A stretch of 64,000 nt of DNA from Phoronis australis (lineage: Eukaryota > Animalia > Phoronida), in NCBI GenBank assembly GCA_002633005.1, contig NMRA01000052.1, positions 1,043,235 to 1,107,234 of the forward strand, written 5' to 3'. A program made the position numbers and the translations under genes. Below, piece by piece: positions 1-13,191 of the stretch (positions within the stretch are counted from its first letter, which is position 1; each line of letters starts with the position of its first letter). Below the pieces are notes generated by a model. That model made no database searches. It saw only the letters and a program-made list of their open reading frames with translations, and was not told where the DNA came from.

Positions 1-437
1 AACCATGTTTTGGCCGGTTATATTTGGTGTGCACCATTTTGTGAGGCAGCATAGGACACTTCTTATCGTTGTTCACTTTCTGAGAATTTGGCCCCATTTC
101 CTCAAAGCTAAATTTTTGCCGTTGTTCTGTTGCACCACAAAGTGCGTCCAGTAGCTTAAGTTATTTCATGTTATTTATACAATTTTGAATTGACTGTTTT
201 TCATTACAAAACTGGTGTTTATTTAGATTGTAAAAGTTAAGTAAATTTTAGGTGAAGTGAAAAAAAATTATTAAAAGTTGCTGAGGGTGTGGGAATGAGC
301 TCTAATTGGTTTGTTAAACAAGTCATAAGTTAAAGCTGGAGTCTCCAGCATAACACATAAGTTGTGTGAGGAACTGGGACTGATGCTCCTTTGTTTGATC
401 TGCCTCATCCGCCCATGTAACAAGACTCTCTCAACAG

Positions 438-512
438 ATCGATGAGGACCTGGCTAAGATAAACATTGACGACCCGCGCTACCAAAAGGGCAGCAATCTC
501 GCTGTCAACGGG
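438..512 (+). CDS. Candidate alternative (cassette or terminal) ILK exon, degenerate copy of the IDEDL exon
   Basis: Acceptor ctctctcaacAG at 436-437, then IDEDLAKINIDDPRYQKGSNLAVNG; possible donor GG|GTACGG at 513 (75 nt, phase 0-0) or read-on to TGA at 522-524; N-terminus resembles [10 protein letters not shown] of exon 1528. Confidence 0.4.
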
Positions 513-1527
513 GTACGGGCATGAGACATCACGTGACATGCCAATCGTTATCAGTTCTACTAACCTCTTGCTCAATGACTGTGAATGAGTTACGAACGTT
601 GAACTAACTGTGTACGTTAGACTGTCATTGACTGAAATGTCACTAAGTTGTGTGTATCATGATTTACCCCACTTGTATTTCCACCGCGCTTTTGTGTTTT
701 TCCGTAGTCCGAGATGTTTTTAGACTGGCATTATTAATAGTGTTTCACCTAGTCAGATATATAGACTGCTGTCTCTGCATGCCATTCATTAACAAATCGA
801 GCCTTGTTTTAATGTTTGTGTGAAGGAATTTAACAAAGCCCCCCTCCCGAAAAGCTCTATTCATTTTTAACTGTAAACAGTTTCATGACACTGCATGCTG
901 TTCTTGTTTTTTGCCAAAATGTTTCTTTTTCCTTTTTTGACACTCTGTTTGATGCCATTATTCAAAGTAGATTTTATTTTCATTCACGTCATGTATTAAA
1001 TTACATTTCTTCATTATGTTTCATTAATTAACTTCTCTTTGTTTTCATATCGTGAAGATACCAAAGTCACGTTTAATCATTCTGTTTTTGTTTTTCTTGA
1101 AAAAATGATTAATTTTTTGAGATCTCTTTATTTTACATCATTATCTCAAATATCCTTGTTAAACACCACAGCCAGTCAAATGAAACAGTTATGGCAAGCA
1201 CGTCCAGAAATCAAATTTGTTAAAGTTATTAGTATTATTATGCCATTCCTGCTGTACGCATTCTAATATTCAAAGTCAGTTGTCCAAGTTAAAGAGAAGA
1301 TTCCACATCAGGCGTCCAAATTGTGGATCTTGCATAATCACAGCATATTTCCTAGAAATTGCGTTAGCTGTGTTTTGTTTCGATGTCTAGATTGAAATGT
1401 TACATTTATTGTTGATTACTTGGTTTAGTTCTTTTGGATCAATCAGTGGTTGAGTTGTCCAAAGGTGTAGTTTCAAGGCATCCATTGTAATATTGTACCA
1501 TACAAGTGGTTCTTTTCTCTGCCGTAG

Positions 1528-1627
1528 TTGGACGAGGATCTAACGGCCAGAATAAACATGGGCGACTACAACTTCTCGTTTCATGAGAAAGGGAAGATGT
1601 TCTCACCAGCCTGGCTGGCACCTGAAG
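1528..1627 (+). CDS. ILK: Integrin-linked kinase, internal exon (pseudokinase domain)
   Basis: AG/GT-bounded exon encoding [33 protein letters not shown], matching ILK IDEDMTARISMADVKFSFQ...APAWVAPE. Confidence 0.95.
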
Positions 1628-1927
1628 GTGAGTTGACTATGATATTGAACATGATTGGGATGAACATGGGTACGTCAGGAAGGCCTTTGTGGTATTTTTA
1701 GCTGTAATTAAATTTGTTTTGATGTGACCAACTGAATTTAGAGTTATGTGGTTTCTTGCTATTCACTGAGACTGTTACAAAGTGCTTGTGAAGCTCAGCT
1801 TTGTTCTAAATTAATACAATAGGAGGGTCTGTTTTACAGAAATTCTGCCGTGGACAATTTTTAGTTGCATTTCGTTCCTATTATCACCAAGAAATACTTT
1901 GTAACCATGTTTGTCTCATGTCTCTAG

Positions 1928-2058
1928 CCCTGCAAAAGAAGGCTGAAGACATTAACGTACGCGGTGCCCACATGTGGAGTTATGCTATACTGCTGTGGGA
2001 ACTGGCGACACGTGAGGTTCCGTTCGCTGAGATGGAACCCATGGAGATCGGAATGAAG
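1928..2058 (+). CDS. ILK: Integrin-linked kinase, penultimate coding exon
   Basis: Phase-compatible exon [44 protein letters not shown], donor GTAAGT at 2059. Confidence 0.96.
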
Positions 2059-2578
2059 GTAAGTAGATAGCTGACTAGATATGGTTTTTAAAGTTCCGCA
2101 ATAGTTGCTTTTTATCTTTTTTGAGTGGTAAATCGGCAAGTATGACTTTTCTTTGGAGTTTCACGAGGAAGATCACCCAAGTTCATTACTTGAACATTGC
2201 GCATTTCAGTGATTTTTGGTCTCTCTAGGCATGTACTAAATTGAACGAGAACACCAGTTTTGAGTGCAAGCGCCCAAAACGGGTTTAGTCTCTTTCAGCG
2301 AAGTGTGAAAATGCAGTGCAGGAATACTTTATCACAAGTTATAGAAAATGTGTGGTGTTCGACAAGTTTGTGGTATTTGTATAGAAGAATTGGATAGGTT
2401 CACACAAAGTAAAGATTTGTCAAATTGAAATAGCTATTTATTTGACTTTTGTTTACGATGTGGAACGAGTGACCAAAGAAACTGTTGGAACTGGTTATGA
2501 GAGTGTGAAGTTCTTGAGTAGTTTTGTTTGAAAAGTTTGATAAGTTATGTTGATACACTCCTCTTTCATTGGTAACAG

Positions 2579-2731
2579 GTTGCCCTGGAAGGTCTACGCA
2601 TTACCATCCCGCCGGGTATATCGAGTCACATGACCAAGCTCGTCAATATTTGCATGAACGAAGACCCTGGCAAGCGACCCAAATTTGACATGATTGTCCC
2701 AATTCTGGAGAAAATGAAACAGTCCACCTAG
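2579..2731 (+). CDS. ILK: Integrin-linked kinase, last coding exon
   Basis: [50 protein letters not shown]-stop, the ILK C-terminus. Confidence 0.96.
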   Translation, partial: VALEGLRITIPPGISSHMTKLVNICMNEDPGKRPKFDMIVPILEKMKQST

Positions 2732-5018
2732 GTGCCCGCTGTTGTCATGGCAACACACACCGTAATAGTTGCAAATCTCGTTACTGTCAAAGGCGCTGGA
2801 GAGCAAACTATGCGATGGCTGTAGATGTCCCAAATTGTCGGGGATGGTGTTTATTTTGTGACATATTTTCAAATTACCATGCCGTCAATATTTACTCTCC
2901 AGTGCTTTTTGATGTATTTGAAACCATTTGCTGAGCTTCTGTGCTTGAAAGCTGTGTTGATACAGGTGAATTGAAAGTTGGACGTGTTGCTAGATTTCCA
3001 CTGGCATTGGAGAGATCGAGTCCGTCTCCTCAGGTGAAAACTACCACGTAGAAGATAGAACAGTTCATTAGATTTGTTGTCACAGTAGACAGAAATACAA
3101 TTATTTATCCAACTATTCAATTTTAGTGAGCTTGCATTCCACTTTAGAAGTGGAGTCATTCACTGTCAGTAGAATTTTGCTTTTAGAGAAATGATGCAGC
3201 TTTTATATTATCTATACATTTATATGTAGTTTATTTATTTATATTTTTGTTAGCCTGTTTTGTTTACACGACTGTAAGCTGCGTTCTCTCACTTACCATT
3301 TTGTGTAAAGTGGCGTGCGTTCCGTCTCAAAAACAATTTTCGATTTAGATCACTCACTGTTATGAACTTGGAGTCCAACTGTCGTTTAAAATGGATTTCT
3401 GGGCTTGAAAGAATGAAAGTCATTGTCTGAGACCAGGCTCTACAAATTAATCTGTCGCGGCGTGTCAGTTTATTCACCGAGCACAGTCTCGAAGAATAAC
3501 AGCCGAAACAAAAATCATTTTTCGCCTGCGTAAAGAATAAGATCTGACCAATTTTTTAGTAGTAAGTGGTCGAAATCAAAATATGGTTTCTTTGAAGGAA
3601 CCGCCACTTTAACGCAACCATTACTTCGTGAAGTTGCTGATGCATGCTGTAAATTTCTCTGTATAAGGATCACGGCATTAGCATTGAAGTTTGCATGAAA
3701 GTCATGTTGCTTTTTACATAATTAATGCCCGACTGGAGTTTTAATTGGAGGAAATTCCTTTGTCCTCAGCACTGAAATTTACAGAGTGTAGAGCAACTAA
3801 GGTGATGGAGACGGCAGATTATTTAAATCCTTCTATCTATATGTTGGCTAGGAGAGGGTCATAATAATTCAATTGCCACATTATTACCATTTTTGCATTG
3901 TTGGGCAATTTGTTTTGAATGAGTCAAACTGCTGAAATGTTCAGCCAAAAAACATTCAGTTTATCTGAGTATGCCAACCGGCCATTGACCATATTCTACA
4001 TGTGTCTACGAATTTGAGTTATTGAGTTATAGTACTAGCCAAAAGCATTCAGACAAAATGACTCGGAATTCCCCGTCATGACGGTTGGGTCTGTACCGAA
4101 TTCGTCATCAGACTAGCCTTCTCTCATGACAAAAATGAAAGAGAATTAACAGGAAAGTCAGTATAGGTGGCTAAATTATTTTGTAATAAGAATTTGCTCC
4201 CTAGGTGGTTAGTGCCATTCATTTGTTGTTAACAGTATTAGCCGTCATGGTGCAGAAATAGCATTTTTCCAGTTCTCTTGTTTTGTAGTGTAGCTTGTCA
4301 TGTTTGTTAGTTGTTCATCAGTCATTTGCGACTGAGAATATTTGTGCATACACAACATGTGTTCAATGTAGCATTAAGGGGTTTTTGCAAAATTGTGTCT
4401 GCGTGAACATGTACTGCGAGACGATGATTTTAAAACTGAGAGATGCAAAGCTGAGTAACTCAGAGAACATTGGAGCTCTCAGGTGCTTAACACTTTTGAA
4501 GGGGCATTTCAAAGGAACTGGTTTTGATGGTACTTTTTATAGAAATATAAATTTCTTGGAAAGATATTTTTCAGCGTTGTTGCAAACACAATAATCGAGA
4601 CTGGCTGTATTGAGTAGCAAAGGGACATCGGGTTTGCCGAATGAAAGTGAATGCTGAAAACATCTGTCCAAGATAACCTGGGATTGTTTTATCTCTATAA
4701 AAGGTAACAACGAAAAATGTTTAACTTTTCTCTTTAAGTTACTGTGACCTTTTGATGATGATCTTCTCATCAAGAAAACCCTCTTTACAGAAACAAATAA
4801 TTTTTGCTAAATTCCTTATTAGATTGAATTTTGTCTTCCTTTAAATGGACAGCGTTTCCTTGTTACACATAATCACAGATTATATAACCAGGAACTTGCA
4901 TTGCATGTTAACATGCAACGAAAGCTGTATGCTTCCACATTGGTTTTGTGGATTTTTTGGTAATAATTGAATTTGTAATCACCTCTTTGATGTAGGTTTA
5001 TGCATTGTGCCTATATAA

Positions 5019-5024
5019 AATAAA
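5019..5024 (+). terminator. Candidate ILK polyadenylation signal
   Basis: AATAAA followed by a GT-rich tract after ~2.3 kb of T/G-rich 3' UTR-like sequence. Confidence 0.4.
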
Positions 5025-5826
5025 GTTTGTTTCCTCTTGTGCGACTCAAGAAGTGTGTGTAGAGGAAAAACACTTTTGATTGACATGTGCTTGAATTTTA
5101 TACCCAAGTAAGTTTGTGGACCCATGTTGTCATCATATCTTGTGTTTGCTGCTCTTGCAAGATCTTGAAATCTTGACATTGTGGTTCATTGCAAAGTAAA
5201 ATTGAATTAAAACAGCAGTCGTAAAACTGGTAAAATGTGTAATTGAATATTTTTATGGTTTTTATTTCGTTGTAGCTCTAACCAATATCACAGCCTTATC
5301 TTTACCACTGGCATTGGAAAGGAGTTATGCAATTTGTGGAAATTGTTTAGCAAGTGTTAACATTATGAAGAAAATTGTGGCTAGCTAACTATAGTAACAT
5401 TGAGGAACTATCGTAGCATGTAACACAGCGTCACTGCTGCATTTACTCTATGTATTGAAGGTAGTGTCGTGTAAATTATTTACCTTTCCGTCCTGATGTT
5501 GACTTTCTATTCCACGTAATACCGAAGTTCATCACTAAGATATGTGGGTTTAGCAATGTACGCCACATTACATCAATTCTTCCGTTATTATACGCTAGAA
5601 CAATGAAGTTTCTCAAAGTCTGTTTTTTATTTAGAAATTTGTCATGATTCCAAAATGCTGGTATGTGTGCTAAGCAAGAACTGAAATGCGGTAATTATCA
5701 AATTTTACCAACTTTTGTGCTTCTCAGATTACTGTAGTTGGTTGTGGGATATGCCAGATTTGTTTGCTTGTTAGTATAATGTCCTTTTCCTCATTAGTAA
5801 CACACGTTTTAGTTACAAAACTCTCA

Positions 5827-5832
5827 TTTATT
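5827..5832 (-). terminator. Candidate minus-strand polyadenylation signal
   Basis: TTTATT on + (AATAAA on -) at the left end of an A/C-rich (minus-strand T/G-rich) tract ~5.8-7.1 kb. Confidence 0.3.
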
Positions 5833-7590
5833 ACATTTACAAACTGCATACAAATTACAGGCAACAGATGCAATTACAAATCATTTCCTTCCAGTTTTCA
5901 TATTGGTAGAAGATATTTACTAAGTATTCAACATCACATTTCAACCTTGCTGTCTGTTATTTCCTTTGGTGTTCCCTGTCGTACAAGTTGGCTACAATTG
6001 GGCTGCCTGCAGGGAAACGTACTTCTTTATTGAAGAAGGCACATGGACCATACCAACAAGTTTAACATACATAAGCAAGGGCGACTGCTGGAGATCTAAT
6101 TTTTTCACAGGAAGATTTGCAATAATTTCATGCAAGTGAATTTCTTCTACCAATATCCTGGCAAAGTACAATTGACAGAATTGGTACATAATTTTATTCA
6201 TGTGAACAAACTTAAGAATTATTTTTAAAACATGTACTATGTACTCTTTGGACGATTATAAAACTGACTGCTAACTATTGGAATCTTAATGTATCGAGGA
6301 GTATAAACTGAAAATGTGGACAAGTGATAACACCAATGCAAAATTCAAAGTTAATGTGTAGAGTGCAGCTTTAGTATGTTAACTAGGGTCAAGTACAATA
6401 CAAATGAATTGACATTTCCAGCCAAAATAACAGGTACGCATGTGCTCCACATAACAACAGCAAACAACAATGTTAACTTGCCTTATTGCCCAACTATTTT
6501 CGTGAGGAATTACAAATTTTAAAATTAAACAAAATCTTTCAACACTAAACAATGATTCATGCTATTTTCAGGTTCTGCACCATAAATACCATAAAGCAAT
6601 GTTTTGAACAATTGTGGACATTTACAATGTTTAACACCCTTCGAAAAGTGAAAAATTAACAGTTTTGTCCAAAACAGGTGAGCTTATATACAGTACATTT
6701 TCAGAACCAATCCACAATCATGACTAGTGTGTTATGCTCAACTCGAAACACATCCTCATCTCAATTCTTTGAAGAAATACAAACAAATTTGTCCAGATAA
6801 AAAAGAATTGATGAGGGTGTGTTCGAACCTTATACACCAGTGTGCTTCACAACGGGGCAACAAAATAAGTTGAATGCTAAATATGTTAATAACAGTGGGT
6901 GAGGTCTTGATAATAAATAAATTCACCAATACCAAACATAGTATTTCACAAATGTCCTACAAGCAAAAGACACAATGTGAAAAGGACAATCATCTTAAAA
7001 TCTCAAAGGAGATACTCGAGTTCTCATTTATAAGTATTGCTTGCCTAAGTCAGTAAAAGTTCAAGAGTGACATAACATAGGCCAAAATGCAAACTTCCAT
7101 ACAAATTAGTACTAAAACATGTTTCAAGTTCTTAACTGATGAGTTTCATCATTTTAAAACTATGTCTAAGCACCCTTCAATTGATTTTGAGCGAGTTGGT
7201 CAGTAAAGTTCTAAAGAGTGCACACCAGCCATGGCAACAGAGTATGTCGAGGGATTTAATGTTGTTCATCTCCGCCCCAACAAACACATGATCGTGTTAG
7301 GTGAAGAAAACTAGGTCAACTGGGGTCACCATTTTCAGGATGGACGCCACACTTGTAGTGCACAAGCGATCAAAAATAGATTCCACCAGGAATGGGAAGG
7401 AAGCACAATCGAGAAAAGTGTCTGGGAAGAAAGAGTATTTGGGTTTAGTATCATCATTTTTAGGTGTCAAGATTATGATTCGCGCCTCCCAAAATACATC
7501 AGTCAGCCTGGCCTAAAGATCAAATAAAGAATCTCACTGCATCATTTCCTATGTCCACTCATGCCATAAAGAAAGCCAATCTCCTCCCAG

Positions 7591-8305
7591 TAGGAGAGAG
7601 TGGGGCAACTTGTGCCACGAAGCAAGTTGAGCCACCCCCTCTAAATGCCGAGACTTTTCAGCTGACAACTAGCGCCATCTGTGGATAGGTGATGAGTCAT
7701 CTTACTATCTCATTCATTGAAGACCTCTGCCAGAAGCAAGAAGGTTGTGAAGAAGCACAAAAGGTAATTTTGCAAGCCAAAAGTGAAAATTCAGCAAACT
7801 AATAAGTCGTCTTCGCATACCCTTGCCGCAGGGAGTAGTGGAAAGACAACTGAATCACAAACTACCTTTGATATAAGTTGTTGTATTCCAAATGACAAAA
7901 ATCTGTCCAACAAGTGCCTGTGAAACCAAAACCAGAGCACTAAAATAGGTCACAGTGGGGCAAATTGTGCCAGCCTATGAGGGGTAAGTCTAGCTGACCC
8001 CTTCTGATACGGTATTATTCCTTTACCAAAAGTTGTGTCGAAGAGAGCTAACAACAACACAAGAAAGAGGGGAAGAACTGCAATTCTTACAAATACCCCA
8101 AATCGTGACGAGATTGCTGCAAAGAAGTCCAAAAATGCTGTTAAAGGCGATCAAGCGAAACGTGATCTGTTTTCAAGTAATCAGAATCACGACGAAAGTG
8201 ATTCAGATTCAATATCGGAAACGGACTCTGAAATGAGCTTTGAATCTGACAGCGGTGAAAGCGAAACATCCGCAGATGACCTGGAAAATACTTTCGACAC
8301 CTTTT
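7591..8305 (+). mobile_element. pogo/Fot1-like (Tc1-mariner superfamily) remnant: terminus and transposase C-terminal tail
   Basis: TA then GGAGAGAGTGGGGCAACTTGTGCCA terminus-like motif with related subterminal copy at ~7955; IIPLPK...RKRGRTAILTNTP plus acidic tract typical of pogo/DDE_1 C-termini. Confidence 0.55.
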
Positions 8306-8427
8306 GAGGACTTTCAAAAAGAACTATTAACAAAAGGAAAAGGGCACTCTATTAAATCAGTAATTGAAAAAGAGCACAAAACAGTAAGTGCATTGTGGAT
8401 ACAAATTCATGACTTGTGTAATGAGTT

Positions 8428-8775
8428 ACTTACTCGCGAGACAAGGAGCCCACCGCCGCATAATCACGAAACTGTTTTCAGAGACTGAACAACTCATGAG
8501 CGATATGGACTATGACGGTGTAAAAACAAACCTTGATCTGATAACACAAAAATGGACTTAATAGCAACTCTAGACAATAGCGTCATTGACTTCGTAGAGG
8601 GTGACGACATCGAACATACAATCGAGGAATTGGACAATTATAACACAGGCGCTTATAAACAACGGGCAAAAATTATTCAATTCCTCGAGCAGACCTCTTC
8701 TACAACAGGTAAAAATGACAAATCTACCAAAACTACAGCTACCGAAATTTGGTGGTGATATTAAAAACTGGTCTG
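8428..8775 (+). mobile_element. BEL/Pao gag N-terminal fragment (DUF1759 start)
   Basis: Frameshifted ...TNLPKLQLPKFGGDIKNW; near-identical to 13486-13840. Confidence 0.8.
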
Positions 8776-10686
8776 AGTGATGATGAGGACTCGCCACCAT
8801 CACCATCACCACCACCTATGCGTGCTCTCTCTCCAGATGTTGATAACTTTCAGAGTCCCACATTTACTGAACTGAGTCCAGTCGTCTTGCCTCCAGAGCA
8901 TGCAAATGGTAAGAAAGTTAGTTCTTTTCTCTAAAACAACCCTGATCTTTGTAAATAATCGTATCCATCTAGACGTAATTGGCGTAGAAATGTCACATTT
9001 GTCCGTTCGTTGCCACTTATCAAAACTTATTTGAGAGACTTGATCACTTGGCTTAAACCACAGCTTTGGCAAGTCTAAGTTTTGCATTGCTTACATTTAC
9101 TGTATTTCAATGCTTTGCTGGACTGTTTTGTAAGTTTTATATTTGTTGCAGTTAATTCAAAAGGTCACCCCACCGTAGGTGGCAAGGTGCCACGACAAAA
9201 CCCGTGGCGTGCGCCAGCTTGTTCAAGTTGTGATCAGCTTCGAGAACAAAAAGCTGAAGGAAGAAGTTGCGCGCCTGCAATGTAGTGCGAAAGGTGAAAA
9301 TGTACATTTAGGCAACTAAAAAATTACAAAAGTGATTGTGACGTTATAGTTGTACTTGTTACACCAGACTTAAGTTATGGTTTTGTAGTTCATAAAGAAC
9401 TAAACTGTTTGTCATCTTGATCATTTATTAATTGCTTTTGTGTTAGCTTTGACAGTGAGTGGTACGTACATTTGCTATATATTTTTCAATGATTTGTTTT
9501 AGAACAAGCTTGTACTTCATCATGGGCACTGCCACCTGCTGGCTTCATGAATGAAGACGAAGCTATTTGCTTCCATGTAAGTATAAAGGAGTGCAGAAAA
9601 TTTCTCCAATTTATTCTCAATGTATGGTGACATTCATTGATTGAGCACTTTTGCTTATATGGTAACCAAACAGTGCAAGCAATTTTAATGCATTCCCATG
9701 TATAATTCAAGAAGAATTGTCCAACTAAGGGCAATGAAACTGCAAACAATTTGGTGTTCTTACATTAATATACAAACTTGTATACGTAACATAAACAACA
9801 ATTATTTCAGATGACTCCAATCGGCCAGGGTGCATACTTGCACCAGGATCAGGTGGCCTGTCTGAAAAACGTCAGCCATAGTGGGCCGTCAATGGGACGG
9901 AAGATGCAGTCAATGCTCTTCCCAAACGCGTCATCAAGAGAAGACATTGACAGCAACCTCCTGCAGATAGCAGTTAGTGAGTATAGCTGTTATGATTGAC
10001 ATGCAACTATTTTATCTTGCTGCTTTAACTATTCTTAACTTTACTACTAAGCATAGTTGATTTTCAATTTACCACTGGTCAGTCAAAGAAGTGCAACATT
10101 TTTAAATCCTTGACATGCCCTTCCAAAGGACATCTTGGTGACTGTTAAATAACTTGAACATTATCTTTATTAATATCACGATGCTTTAACTTTCATATGA
10201 TAGAACATAAGCATGAAACATTGCATCGTGCTCATAGTCTGTAATTTGTTACATTTTATTGTCTCGTGTTGAGGAACGTTTTGTATGCACAATTATTAAT
10301 CGAGCACTGAGCATAAGCAATGCTGTAGTTGTTGTTGACCTATTGTACATGTGAAGACTTCCCGTTTTCAGACTGGATAATGGCAAATAAACTGGATTCG
10401 TCCACCAGAGGCGCAGTGAATGCCAGTGTAACTTGGGCCATTTCATCGAAAAAGTGCTATAAGAAAAAGAAGCTTCTTGGATGTTGACTTGTGAAATATT
10501 AAGAGTTCCATCGCAAAATCAAATATCCACCAAATTTCAAATGTTAGAACAACTTAATACCTAAAATTTCAGATAGACGCTCTCTATGACTGGAGTGTCA
10601 AGTCATTTTTCAGTCATGACTGAACAGACGCTGTAAATGTGACTGAAAGGTGACTGAATCGTGACTGAATGTTGACTGGTCTAGGG
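8776..10686 (+). mobile_element. Intron-containing coiled-coil/BEN-like accessory gene fragment and right terminus of a DNA transposon (EnSpm-like)
   Basis: GT-AG exons (CSSCDQLRAENKKLKEEVARLQ; MTPIGQGAYLHQDQVACLK...MGRKMQSMLF...IDSNLLQIAV); subterminal GACTGAA repeats 10610-10680 ending ...CTAGGG. Confidence 0.5.
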
Positions 10687-10687
10687 T

Positions 10688-10990
10688 AAGGGATGGCCAC
10701 CTAACACCCGAATAGAAGTCGTTCAACTATAAGCAAACGTGCTACCAGAGTGGACATTGAACGATGCTTTGGTTGTGTTCAAGGAAAGTTTAGGAAACTA
10801 AAGTTTCTTGACATGAAAAAAGCAGAGGACATGTCTGGAGTCATTGTTGCCTGTTATGTACTCCATAATCTCATCATTAATGAGGACGTGGAATAAGACA
10901 ATGAGGAAGTTTATGTTTGACATCAACCTGCTGATGCTAACCCAGAATTAAGAGCAGTCACCAAGAGAAAAGGGGTTGATTTGCTTTAGG
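10688..10990 (+). mobile_element. Harbinger/HARBI1-like transposase C-terminal fragment
   Basis: GHLTPE*KSFNYK / ATRVDIERCFG / GKFRKLKFLD / VIVACYVLHN motifs with frameshifts. Confidence 0.8.
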
Positions 10991-11569
10991 AATGTGGCTG
11001 AACAATTTGTATGAAATCGAACTAGAGATCCTGCATGCCTTCCATGATTACACGCCATCTGCAACTGCGACCTCGTCTGCATTCCCTGCGTATACATAAC
11101 GCCATAAACTACCACCAAAGTCATGTTTCTACTGTGCCGACAATTCCCACAGGACTATTTTACTTTGACACAATAATTCATTACATAAGCCATGGCTAGG
11201 TTGGTTTGGCTGCAACATGACAGAAGAGTTTGTGTAAGCATCGATTGATATATGACAAACCCACTAGGGGGCGTCTCGATTGGTCACTTCAGTTGAGACA
11301 CATGTGAGCACGCAATAGTTAGACAGGTAGGACATATGCCCGTTAAAACAGTTTCGGTCTGTGAACTCGAAGGGGCCTGTGGTACCGCTGATCATTAAGA
11401 TGTAATGGAGATGCCTTGTTGTGTAGTAACTATTGAAAGGTGTCTATTTCTAGTAATAGTAATCCGTAACAGTTTAGGATGGATGATTGTAAACAGTTAC
11501 TTGTTTGATAGTTTACCTTATGTATAATACAACTTACAAAGAATCTTCATGGCTCAGTTTTAGTGTACG

Positions 11570-11730
11570 ATAAAGAGACCATGATTGGTAAAAGCACTGT
11601 GGGTATAAACCATATGAAAACTGGTTAAATTCCAGGTATGGATGAAATCTTGTTAGAGTTTTTAAATACAGCACCCTTTTTGGACAATCACTCCACTGTT
11701 GCTGTTCTATCGTATTTTGAAAGAGAGGTA
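11570..11730 (+). mobile_element. LINE ORF2 (pre-RT) fragment
   Basis: INHMKTG*IPGMDEILLEFLN...LLFYRIL resembles the LKxGKAPGxDGIxxEFLK...LFNxIL motif. Confidence 0.55.
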
Positions 11731-12254
11731 TTTGTTAATGTTTATGTTAGAATCCCCGCACCTGACTGCAGCTAATGGGATGGGTGCAGTGTGTGGGTTG
11801 ATGACTCTAGGAGACATGGCTTATTATGTAATGTTACTCATAGGGTACCAGATAAATTCTGAATGTCAAGGGATTTTACAGCAGTTCAGAACAGAGATGT
11901 AAACGAGTTAAGACGTATTGTAGCAGTTGAAAGTTAGTAGTGAAGCAGTTTATGAAGTTGAAACCAAATAGAATGTAGCAGGACTTTGATTCCACCACAG
12001 AAGTAAGCAGTTATTTACTATAATTCGTGTTATTATGTATTTGCATTTTTAAAGTAAAATAAGGTTTATTTAGAATTATTGTCAAATAGAAAACTCAGAA
12101 ATATATTTGACTATTATGAAAAATAGAATGAAGAAGAAATAACGAAAGTTTAACCCAGCGCCAAACATGCGCATCCTACATACGCAGCTTGTTTAATGAA
12201 GCCTTGAAATTACGGTATCCTACAGACACCTTAATGCGCTACAAACTGCCCCTA

Positions 12255-12790
12255 CGGTGAACCGACTATCGCCTGAGGAACAGCAAGCTATAAGATATGT
12301 TGCTGGTGCAATGTGTAGTAAGCTGCTACAGCGTGTGTCTTATTTGAAGTCCAGGAAACACTCAACATATGTAGGATGCATCCAAAATCTCACAGGGGAA
12401 GGTACCAGGGAGGATTCTTGGACTGTTCTTCATTTCACATGAACTGTATCTGTTTGCCAAAGAGCTAGAGAACGTTGTCCCTAGTGAAGTGTTCAATGAC
12501 AGTACCATTGTAAACTACCATGGGGAAGATGTACGGATGGGTTTGATGGATTCCTTTCAGTCGTCCAACCCTTCTTGATCTTTGGGACCAGGTAACTCCT
12601 GGATTTTCACAAGCAATTAAACTGGATGTGCTGTTCATGTTTGTGAAACTTTACTTAACAATAAGGGGGTTTTCCTTTCAAAAGAAGATAGTAAGCTTGT
12701 TTGAAGAGAAGCAGTATTGCAATGTTAAGGGGCAGAAAGGATTGTGCAAATCATTGAAAGCTATGAACCAACTTTTATCATCATAGAAGA
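12255..12790 (+). mobile_element. Degraded transposon ORF fragment (P-element C-terminal-like YVAG motif)
   Basis: EEQQAIRYVAGAMCSKLL and LFMFVKLYLTIRGFSF; family assignment tentative. Confidence 0.45.
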
Positions 12791-12995
12791 TGCGCAATGT
12801 ACAAATGACTTCCTTTAACTTGTCACCTTTGAGACTGCAAAAAACAATGACTTGGCCAAGTAAATATTTACAAAACAGTAAGTTCATTGTGGATACAAAT
12901 TCATGACTTGTGTAATAAGTTAAGCTAGGTCACTTGTACTGTTCAAAAACGTTGTGAATATTGTTTATGCTAAGAATCACTCTATAATAATTCCG

Positions 12996-13190
12996 AACAG
13001 TGGAGCCTAACAAAAACTGAAACCATAACCAGCTTCGAGGCCTGGCGACTAAATTTCCTGGCGACAAAATTTACTTTAAATTTTGTCCCTCGATGCCAAT
13101 TTTGTGCCGTTCCTGGCAGAAAAATTCACCTGAGAAAAGAAGAATCACCCCATCAGAGGCTTCACGGACGACCCGCCCGGAGCCACAAAC
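12996..13190 (+). mobile_element. LTR-retrotransposon (Gypsy-like) gag N-terminal fragment
   Basis: QWSLTKTETITSFEAWR / NLL*ILSLDANFVPFL / FT*EKK / PIRGFTDD; contains a ~16-bp tandem duplication cctggcgac(t/a)aaattt. Confidence 0.65.
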
Positions 13191-13191
13191 C

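Noticed and set aside
1439-2872. Minus-strand ORFs 1439-1621, 1924-2139 and 2594-2872
   Set aside because: Antisense shadows of the ILK exons.
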